From Chloroflexota bacterium (GTDB lineage: Bacteria; Chloroflexota; UBA11872; VXOZ01), in NCBI GenBank assembly GCA_963663275.1, contig OY760183.1, positions 2,656,001 to 2,720,000 on the forward strand: DNA of 64,000 nt. The letters run 5' to 3'. This document shows, piece after piece, positions 56,797-64,000 of the stretch (position 1 is its first letter; every line of letters starts with the position of its first letter). The notes below the pieces were generated by a model that was not told the DNA's origin, ran no database searches, and was given only the letters and a program-made list of their open reading frames with translations. The translations under genes and the position numbers were made by a program.

Positions 56797-57183
56797 ATGG
56801 CAAATGACCTCGACAGCAAGAAAGTCGTAATCCTGGAAGACGATCCCGATCTCATCGACGCGATCGAGCGCCGCCTGCGCGACCACGGCTACCACTCGAT
56901 CCTCATGCGCCAGACTCGGGACATCATCAAGTTCCTGAAGGCCGAGAAGCCCAAGACCATGATCATGGACGTGGCCCTGCCCGACGCCGACGGCATCGCC
57001 CTGCTGCAGGAAATCAAGGGCGACTGGGAAGCGAAGAAGACCCACGTCATCGTGATGTCCAACTACTCGACGCGGGTCAACTACAAGGTCCGGGACGAGG
57101 TGGAAGAGATCTTCCAGAAGCCCTTCGACGTGGAGACGCTGCTGGAGTCCGTGGACCGGGTAGCGGCCATGGATGACAAGTAG
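56797..57183 (+). CDS. Single-domain response regulator receiver
   Basis: ILEDDP, IMDVALPDADG, VMS, KPF; AAGGAAGGA RBS. Confidence 0.88.
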   Translation: MANDLDSKKVVILEDDPDLIDAIERRLRDHGYHSILMRQTRDIIKFLKAEKPKTMIMDVALPDADGIALLQEIKGDWEAKKTHVIVMSNYSTRVNYKVRDEVEEIFQKPFDVETLLESVDRVAAMDDK

Positions 57184-57297
57184 GCTGAGAGTGTCTGGGT
57201 TCTTGGGGCGAATGCGGGGTGTTGCGGTTCGCGATGATTACGGTGAAGGCGCAACGCCCTTTGCTGCGTGAGCAGGCGCCGTCGCTCACGCTGTGAT

Positions 57298-58281
57298 TCA
57301 GTCCTTCAAGAGGCGTTCTAACTCCGCGCCGCCTTGCCCCTGAGCGCGCAGGAACCCGGCTACCGTCTGGCAATCCGGCGCGCCGTCAATCGGCCCGGTC
57401 ACCGTCACGGACAATGCCCCGGCCGCGTTTGCCCAGCGCGCCGCCGTTTCCAGTGTGGCGCCGCGCTCCAGCGCCCACAGGAAGGCGGCGTCGAACGTGT
57501 CGCCGGCCCCGGTGGCGTCAACCTCATCTACCGAATATGAGGCCACTTTCGTCGCGACGGCGCCGCTGTACACCGTGCACCCGGCCGCGCCTTGCTTCAG
57601 CACGACGGCTTCATTCTGCGGCGCTTTGCGCAGGATGGCGCACGCCGTATCGGGGGTGGGAGCGCCCGCAATCAACTGGGCCTCTTCACCGCTGGGAAAG
57701 ACCACGCTCGCCAGATCGAGTATCGGGCCAACCAGGGCCCGGATTTGCTCCGGCGGGGCCAACTCCGCGCGGATGTTCGGGTCCAGGCTGACGCGCCCGC
57801 CGGACTCGCGCACCAGCCGCGCCACCAGAATGCAGTATTTCCACCAGGCGTCGTTCATGGCCAGGCACGAGCCGTTGACGTGCGCCCAGGCCACCTGCCG
57901 TAGGAACGCCGGCGGCGGCAGCGGCGGCGGCAATCCGGCGGCCCCGTTGCGCATGTGGAAGAAGAATGAGCGCGTCCCGTCCGGGTGATTGACGACGAAC
58001 GACGCGGACGTGGGCAGCGCTTCCGTACGCGCGAGGCCGCTCCGCTCCACGCCCTCACTGGCGAGAAAGCCGCTAATAGAGTCCCCAAACGCGTCGTCGC
58101 CGACCGTGCCCAGAAAGGCGCTGCGCCCGCCCAAGCGCGCCGCCGCCGTGGCAAAGATCAGGGGCGCGCCGCTGGCAAACGGGCCGCGATACGTTCCCGC
58201 CGCCGTCAAGGGCGCGTGCGCGCCCACCTGCGCGAACTCGGCCAGCGCCTCGCCCATGCCCAAAATCACGTTCCGCGCCAC
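57298..58281 (-). CDS. PfkB-family sugar kinase
   Basis: GE.LAEF, SGAP.IFA, G.VGDDAFG, DPNIR, DATGAGDTF. Confidence 0.92.
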   Translation of the reverse strand: MARNVILGMGEALAEFAQVGAHAPLTAAGTYRGPFASGAPLIFATAAARLGGRSAFLGTVGDDAFGDSISGFLASEGVERSGLARTEALPTSASFVVNHPDGTRSFFFHMRNGAAGLPPPLPPPAFLRQVAWAHVNGSCLAMNDAWWKYCILVARLVRESGGRVSLDPNIRAELAPPEQIRALVGPILDLASVVFPSGEEAQLIAGAPTPDTACAILRKAPQNEAVVLKQGAAGCTVYSGAVATKVASYSVDEVDATGAGDTFDAAFLWALERGATLETAARWANAAGALSVTVTGPIDGAPDCQTVAGFLRAQGQGGAELERLLKD

Positions 58282-58420
58282 AACGCGCCTCCCGTTGGCT
58301 TCTGCCGGACTACTCTATCCCACAGTATACTGGCAGGCAGGAGGAAATAGCACCGGCGCCGACAAACCCCCGGCCATCGCGACGCGCCGGCCTCGGCTCA
58401 TGCTCTCGCATGAAAACCCC

Positions 58421-58799
58421 CGTAGTGCGGGGGCTTGTCCCCAATACTGTCGCATTAACGTAGCGCGGGGGCTTGTCCCCCGCCGGAACAAGAAAAATGA
58501 GAACGGAATGGATTGACCTTACGGAAGACGCAGGTTACAAACCTGCGCTACCGGAGAAACGAGCGTTGTTTTCACTCTCATTGTGTTTAATGCGACAGCA
58601 TTGGGGCTTGTCCCCCGCTCCTCCGCATGGCCGTAGCACGGACCCTTGTCCCCAATGTTGTCGCATTGCACGCAATGCGAATGAAGACCACGCTCCTCTC
58701 TCCGGTAGCGCAGGTTTGTAACCTGCGTCTTCCGTAGGGCCTATCCATACCGTTCTCACTTGTCTTCCTCCGGCGGGGGACAAGCCCCCGCGCTACGTT
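58421..58799. repeat. Composite inverted repeat (150-bp arms, 43-bp centre) built from REP families A and B
   Basis: Arms 58457-58606 and 58650-58799, collinear. Confidence 0.88.
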
Positions 58800-58949
58800 T
58801 ACGCGAAAGCATATGGGCACTGCCGCCGCGACCGCGCCCTGCGACCCAACAGGCCCGTTTCCCTCGCTTGCGCCGCGCGTTCAGCGTGCCTAGAATAAAT
58901 CAAGAACACGAAAGCGCCAGGAAATCCTTTCAGCATTCAACGGGAGCGC

Positions 58950-60002
58950 ATGATGCCGGAATATCGAGTTGGTATCGTCGGCTGCGGCGCGCGGTCCACC
59001 GCCCACGCCGCCGGCTGGGCGGCAAACGAGAACGCGGCTATCGCGGCGGTGGCCGACCCCATTCAAGAGCGGCGCGACGCCCTGGCGGAGCAATACGGCG
59101 TTCCCCAGGCGCGGCGCTACCCGGACTTCGCGGACATGCTGGCCCACGCCGACCTTGACTTCATCTCGATCGCCACCAAGCCAGAGGTGCGGGAACCGGC
59201 GGTGGCGGCGGCGGTAGAAGCGGGCATCAAGGGCATCCTGTGCGAGAAGCCCATGGCGCTCAGCCTGGGCGAAGCGGGCCGCATCCACCGCGCCTGCGCC
59301 GGCAACCGCATACCCCTGGTGATCAATCACCAGAAGCGCCACCTCACCGAGTGGCAGCGCCTGGCCGCCATCTGCGCCCGGGGCGAACTCGGCGCAATCG
59401 AGCGCATCGAGGCCTCGTCATACGGCAATCTGGCCAGCCAGGGCACCCACGTGCTGGACATGGTCTTGCAGTTCGGCGGCGACGTGCAACCGCTGTGGGC
59501 AATCGGACAGAGCGTCGGCTGGCGCGACTACGTCGGCGCGCACGCCGGACCGCGCTACACCCTCGGCCAGTTCCGCTTCCCCAACGACATCACGGCCTAC
59601 GTGCAGATGGGCGACGAAGCGCCCCAGTTGCTGGGCCGCGAGGATTCCTGGATGCGCCTGCAACTGCGGGTGTGGGGCACGGAGGGACGCGGGCAGGTGG
59701 ATCTCCCCATCGGCACGCGCGTCTGGCGCAAAGGTGAATCCGAGCCGACGAGTTGGCCGGAATGCTGGACGGATGCGGCAAACCTCGCCGCTTCCCAGAT
59801 GAAACTCTCGCAGTCGGTCATCCGCTCCCATGAAGACGCCGCCTACGATCCGCCCGCAGGCGGCATCCGGCCGCTCTACAGCTTTGAAATGATCGAGGCG
59901 CTCTGCGCTTCCACCCAGACGCGGGAGATCGTCACGTGGCCCCTGCCCGCCTGGGAGCACTCGCCCATGCAGGCGCTCAAACCGGCGGACGCCCATGTTT
60001 GA
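58950..60002 (+). CDS. Gfo/Idh/MocA-family oxidoreductase
   Basis: GIVGCG, CEKPMA, INHQKR, GELG.I, GTHVLD, GTEG. Confidence 0.9.
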   Translation: MMPEYRVGIVGCGARSTAHAAGWAANENAAIAAVADPIQERRDALAEQYGVPQARRYPDFADMLAHADLDFISIATKPEVREPAVAAAVEAGIKGILCEKPMALSLGEAGRIHRACAGNRIPLVINHQKRHLTEWQRLAAICARGELGAIERIEASSYGNLASQGTHVLDMVLQFGGDVQPLWAIGQSVGWRDYVGAHAGPRYTLGQFRFPNDITAYVQMGDEAPQLLGREDSWMRLQLRVWGTEGRGQVDLPIGTRVWRKGESEPTSWPECWTDAANLAASQMKLSQSVIRSHEDAAYDPPAGGIRPLYSFEMIEALCASTQTREIVTWPLPAWEHSPMQALKPADAHV

Positions 60003-60792
60003 CTACTTCGCGTCCAGCGTCGCCTTTGCGGAGCGGCCTTTTGCCGAAGCCTGCGCCGCGCTGCGTGAAATTGGCTGCAACGAGGTTGACATCTGGTCCG
60101 TGGCGAACTGGTGCGAGCACCTGCCGCCGGCAGACGTCAACCCGGATCTGGAGAGCGCGAAAGGCACGCTCGCCGCGCATCAGCTATCCTGCCGGGCAAT
60201 CTCGGCCTACGGCAAGGACTCCGACGCGATGCTGCTGGCGCGGCTCGAACACCTGGCCGCTCTCGGCGGGCAGACGCTCGTGCGCGGCAGCGGGCCGGAG
60301 GACATGACCGTGGCGGACTTTGCCCGCGCTTTCATGCCCTTCGTGCGGCGCGCCGAGGAACTGGGCGTGCAAATCGGCATCGAGAACCATCGCGGCTCCG
60401 TCATCAATAGCGTCGCCTCCATGCGGGAACTCCTGGCGCGCGTCGAGAGTCCCGCGCTGGGCATCGCCTTCGCGCCCATTCACGTCCACATCGCGGGAGA
60501 GGACATCGCGGAGGCTATTCACGCGGTCGCCGACCGCATCGCGCTCTGCTATGCGTGGGACTGGGGGCCGACCGCCGACAAGAACTGGAAAGACCCCCAG
60601 GAGCAAGTGCCCGGCACCGGCGTGATCGACTTTCACGCAATGTTCCGCGCGCTGCACGAGATCGGCTACCGGGACCCGCTCTGCCTCTTCGCCCACGGCC
60701 TGGAATACGAACGGTCGGAAGACGCCGTCGTCGCGCTGCGATCAGGACGAGCCTACTGCCAGCAAGTGGAGCGCGACCTTGGCCTCCGCTAA
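59995..60792 (+). CDS. Sugar phosphate isomerase/epimerase (TIM barrel)
   Basis: IENH, LGIAFAP.H, PGTG.IDF...F.AL.EIGY; metal ligands partly replaced. Confidence 0.75.
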   Translation: MFDYFASSVAFAERPFAEACAALREIGCNEVDIWSVANWCEHLPPADVNPDLESAKGTLAAHQLSCRAISAYGKDSDAMLLARLEHLAALGGQTLVRGSGPEDMTVADFARAFMPFVRRAEELGVQIGIENHRGSVINSVASMRELLARVESPALGIAFAPIHVHIAGEDIAEAIHAVADRIALCYAWDWGPTADKNWKDPQEQVPGTGVIDFHAMFRALHEIGYRDPLCLFAHGLEYERSEDAVVALRSGRAYCQQVERDLGLR

Positions 60793-61993
60793 CGGGGGCA
60801 CGGCTCCGGAGGCCGGCGTAGGCGCAAGCGCGGCCGCTTCGCCGGCAGCGCCGTCGTCCGCCGCCGATGCGCTCCAGACCGAATCCCCGGCCACCGCCAG
60901 CCCGCGCTTCCATGACCTGGACGCCCTGCGCGCCTCTGCGATGCTTCTGGGCATCGTCCTGCACGCCGGTCTCTTCTTCATACCCGGCATCTGGGCGGAT
61001 CCCTACTCTGCGGAGCAGTACCCCGACGAGGCCACGACGTTCTACTCGCTGGTATTCTTTGCGATTCACGGCTTCCGCATGCCCGTCTTCTTCCTGCTCA
61101 GCGGCTTCTTTACCGCGATGCTGTGGCGGAAGCGCGGGCTGCGCGGCCTGATCGTTCAGCGGCTGAATCGCATTGCGCTGCCCCTGGCCATCGGGGCGCT
61201 CACGGTCATACCGGTGACGACGTGGGCGTTCGTGTGGGCGTTCGACCTGGACGAGTTTTCGCTGCTCTGGTGGCCTTTCATTTGGCTCAGCACCTTCAGC
61301 CACCTCTGGTTCCTGTGGTCTCTCTTGTGGCTGGCGGCCGGCTTTTGCGCCGCCGCGAAGCTGGGCGTAAGGTTCACCCGCCCCTACGTGTGGTGGCTGG
61401 CGATTCCGCTCACCTGCGCGCTGCAATGGCTGATGGTGGAGCCGGTCTTCGGCCCCGATACCTCCGACACTCTGATACCCAATCCGGTCGTGCTTGGCTA
61501 CTACGCGCTCTTCTTCGCGTTCGGCGCTTTTGTCTACCAGCGGAAAGTGGTGGTAAGCCCGCGGTGGACGGTTCTGCTGCTACCCGCGCTGACGCTGGTG
61601 TTCTTCGGCGGCATGTCGCTGATGTACGACGTCGATGCCGCGTGGGCCAAACCGGCCGCGGCGGTCTTTCAAACCGGCTTTGCCTGGCTGATGTGCTTCG
61701 GACTGATGGGGCTATTCCGCTGGATTGCCTCCCGGGAACGGCACTGGGTGCGCTACGTGTCGGATTCGTCCTACTGGCTCTACCTGTGGCACCTGCCGCT
61801 GTTGGTGGTTTTATACCGCCTGTCGCTGGAGTGGCGGCTCAATATCCACCTGCACTTCGCGCTGCTCTTCTTCGCCGCAACCGCTATTCTCTTGGTCACG
61901 TACCAATTTGGCGTGCGCTACACCCCCATCGGCACGATGCTCAACGGCAAGCGTGTGCGCGGCACGACCACGGCCGGCGCCAAGCACGTCTAG
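60779..61993 (+). CDS. Acyltransferase-3 family membrane protein (OpgC/MdoC-like)
   Basis: R.H.LDALRA.AMLLGIVLH, IHGFRMPVFFLLSGFF, HLWFL, SDSSYWLYL.H.P. Confidence 0.88.
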   Translation: MASANGGTAPEAGVGASAAASPAAPSSAADALQTESPATASPRFHDLDALRASAMLLGIVLHAGLFFIPGIWADPYSAEQYPDEATTFYSLVFFAIHGFRMPVFFLLSGFFTAMLWRKRGLRGLIVQRLNRIALPLAIGALTVIPVTTWAFVWAFDLDEFSLLWWPFIWLSTFSHLWFLWSLLWLAAGFCAAAKLGVRFTRPYVWWLAIPLTCALQWLMVEPVFGPDTSDTLIPNPVVLGYYALFFAFGAFVYQRKVVVSPRWTVLLLPALTLVFFGGMSLMYDVDAAWAKPAAAVFQTGFAWLMCFGLMGLFRWIASRERHWVRYVSDSSYWLYLWHLPLLVVLYRLSLEWRLNIHLHFALLFFAATAILLVTYQFGVRYTPIGTMLNGKRVRGTTTAGAKHV

Positions 61994-63042
61994 TCCAACG
62001 GCAAGTCAAGACCGAGTTCCACTGCCGCCTGCCGCATGGGTTCCCACACGATGCGCGGCAGCGTGTGCGTGCCGCGGGCGCGCGCTTCCCGCTCCAGGCG
62101 GCCGGCGCGCTCGCCGGGATAGAAGATTTCGTCCACGCCGGGCTGGCGGGGAGCGGCCTTGATCCTGGCAACGTATTCCGCCGCGCGCCGCATAAAGTCG
62201 GGGGGCGACATGAATAAGCTGGGGTCCATCACCAGGAGGAAGTGGCCAACTTTGCCGCTCTGCCCGCTCTCCGGGCCAAAGTCGGCGCCGGAAAGCACCC
62301 CGGCCAGCAACTCGGAGACCATTGCCAAGCCGTAGCCTTTGTGGTCGCCAAGCGGCACCAGCGTGCCGGTCAGCGCGGCCTGAGGGTCAACCGTGGGGTT
62401 TCCCTCCTCGTCCAATGCCCAGCCGGCGGGCAGGGGCGTGTCCGCCGCCGCGTGCATGCGCACTTTTGCGAACGAGGCCGAGGGCGCGATGTCGAGCACC
62501 AGCGGATCCTCCTCGCCGACGGGAACGCCAAAAGCCCAGGGATTGTTGCCCAGCATCCGGCCCAACCCGCCGGTAGGCGCCATGACCGCCTCGGCCACCG
62601 ACGTGCAGATGGCAATGTATCCCTCGCGGGCGGCGCGCAGCACGTAGTGCGCCGGGATGAAGAGGTGGCTGGAATTAAAGACACCGGCCACGCCGATGCC
62701 GCTCGTACCCGCCTTGATCAGGCATCGCTCCAGAGCGCGGGTACAGGCAATGCCGCCGAAGCCGTGATCGGCGTCCACCACCACGCTCAGCGGCGATTCC
62801 CGCAGCATGCGCACCTTGGGTTTCGGGTTGATCGTGCCCTTTCTCACCACCGGCGCGTAGTACGCCACCAGCCGCACCCCGTGACTGGCGTGGCCGCGCA
62901 ATTCCGCTTCCACCAGAATCCCCGCGAGCAACTCCGAGTTCCTGCGCGTCACGCCCATGGCCGCAAAGGCCGCGGCGCAAAACGCCTCCAAGTCCGCGAT
63001 CGCGATGGTACGCTCGTCACCCACGTTAACCTCCCCGCTCAT
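61990..63042 (-). CDS. Ldh_2-family (malate/lactate/sulfolactate/ureidoglycolate) dehydrogenase
   Basis: ELRGH.SHG, NSSH, LGNNP, GWALD.EG.PT.DP, G.HKGYGLA, PGE; ATG overlaps the upstream TGA. Confidence 0.9.
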   Translation of the reverse strand: MSGEVNVGDERTIAIADLEAFCAAAFAAMGVTRRNSELLAGILVEAELRGHASHGVRLVAYYAPVVRKGTINPKPKVRMLRESPLSVVVDADHGFGGIACTRALERCLIKAGTSGIGVAGVFNSSHLFIPAHYVLRAAREGYIAICTSVAEAVMAPTGGLGRMLGNNPWAFGVPVGEEDPLVLDIAPSASFAKVRMHAAADTPLPAGWALDEEGNPTVDPQAALTGTLVPLGDHKGYGLAMVSELLAGVLSGADFGPESGQSGKVGHFLLVMDPSLFMSPPDFMRRAAEYVARIKAAPRQPGVDEIFYPGERAGRLEREARARGTHTLPRIVWEPMRQAAVELGLDLPLD

Positions 63043-63959
63043 TCCTTTACAGACCCGGCGAGAATACCGCGCACGAAGTAGCGTTGCAAGCTGAAGAAGA
63101 TGACGAGCGGCAGCGCCATCGAGACGAATGCGCCCGCGGTAAGGAGTTGCCACTGCGACCCGAACGAGCTAACGAGATTGGTCAACGTCAGTGTCAGCGG
63201 CGCTTTATTGGGATCTTGCAGGTACACCAGCGCTACCAGCAGATCGTTCCAGACCCACAAGAATTGAAAGATCGCCAAAGACGCAATCGCCGGCGTGGAC
63301 AACGGCAGGACGATCCTGAAGAAGACGGCAAGCTCCGAAGCGCCGTCGAGATAGGCCGACTCGAGCATCGGTCGCGGCAACTGGCTGAAGAAACTATGGA
63401 GCAAGAAGATCGCGAAGGGGAGTCCGTACCCGGTGTGCGCCAGCCAAATGGCGGGGAACGTGCCTGCCAGATTGACAAGAGTGAAGAGCCGCAGCACGGG
63501 AATGATGGTCACCTGAACCGGCACGACCAACAGGGCAATCACCAGCAGCAAGATCAGCCGGCGGCCCGGAAATTGCATCCAGGCAAAGGCGTATGCCGCT
63601 AACGCCGCCACGAAGATCGGCAGCGCCGTCCCCGGCACGGCAATGATGATGCTGTTCACAAAGCTGCGCGCCATGTTGTTCTGGGTGAGCACGTCCGCGT
63701 AGTTCTGCAGCGTCACTTCCGTCGGATTCCTGAGGATGGTCCACCATCCCGAGGCGGTGACGGCGGTGCGCTCGCGGAACGAACTCACCAGGAGCGCAAA
63801 CGTCGGCGCAAACCAGAGCACGGCAAAGGCCGCCACAGCCGCATGTACCGGCAGACGGCGCATCCGGCGCGCGGCCCGCCGCGGCGGCGTAGTTTCCCCA
63901 GGAGTTTCCAAAGATGCGGTTTCGCCCGCGTGTTCTTCAGGATTACGCATCACGCTCAC
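63039..63959 (-). CDS. Carbohydrate ABC transporter permease (MalG/AglG-like)
   Basis: Six TM helices, AAYAFAW, ESAYLDGAS (EAA loop), VWNDLL, LQRYFVRG. Confidence 0.92.
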   Translation of the reverse strand: MSVMRNPEEHAGETASLETPGETTPPRRAARRMRRLPVHAAVAAFAVLWFAPTFALLVSSFRERTAVTASGWWTILRNPTEVTLQNYADVLTQNNMARSFVNSIIIAVPGTALPIFVAALAAYAFAWMQFPGRRLILLLVIALLVVPVQVTIIPVLRLFTLVNLAGTFPAIWLAHTGYGLPFAIFLLHSFFSQLPRPMLESAYLDGASELAVFFRIVLPLSTPAIASLAIFQFLWVWNDLLVALVYLQDPNKAPLTLTLTNLVSSFGSQWQLLTAGAFVSMALPLVIFFSLQRYFVRGILAGSVKE

Positions 63960-64000
63960 TTCTCCTCTGACTGGAAGCGACGGATATTCACCAGCATGAT

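Noticed and set aside
58473-58783. Pair of similar 82-aa ORFs on opposite strands, and AGYKP peptide ORFs near 2485-2885 and 27769-28029
   Set aside because: Translation artefacts of REP palindromes
1035-63602. Many long antisense or alternative-frame ORFs (e.g. 1035-2504, 13776-15302, 28007-29899, 30703-32109)
   Set aside because: Shadows of GC-rich genes on the opposite strand; Arg/Ala/Gly-rich with no motifs

Overview
GC-rich bacterial chromosome segment, most likely Chloroflexota. This is inferred from YFPETG/GYPIS cell-surface repeats, a GlmL-like gene pair, an insertion-bearing RimI and an alternative complex III. Housekeeping genes (gltX, tRNA-Ser(GGA), thrS, thiL-tsaE-tsaB-rimI-tsaD, thiD, dnaN, infC, pdxS/pdxT, obgE) are interspersed with many catabolic paralogues (2 sulfatases, 2 C-N hydrolases, 2 amidohydrolases, 2 Gfo/Idh/MocA, 2 TIM-barrel epimerases, DHDPS-like, LarA, PfkB, Ldh_2, ABC permease). 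An 8-gene ACIII/Qrc-like respiratory operon has a split B subunit and rearranged order and is followed by a rhodanese. Intergenic DNA holds several REP-like palindrome families, two kinds of MITE and large inverted repeats, but I saw no transposase, integrase, phage or cas gene. Best candidates for undescribed biology: (1) the GlmL-like ASKHA protein plus partner with no B12 mutase, (2) the ACIII variant, (3) a MITE inserted twice into the same REP hairpin family, (4) a leader-peptide attenuator before thrS, (5) a receptor-like pseudo-PP2C/beta-propeller protein, (6) a structured RNA in the pre-tRNA leader. All calls are by eye; no database search was run.
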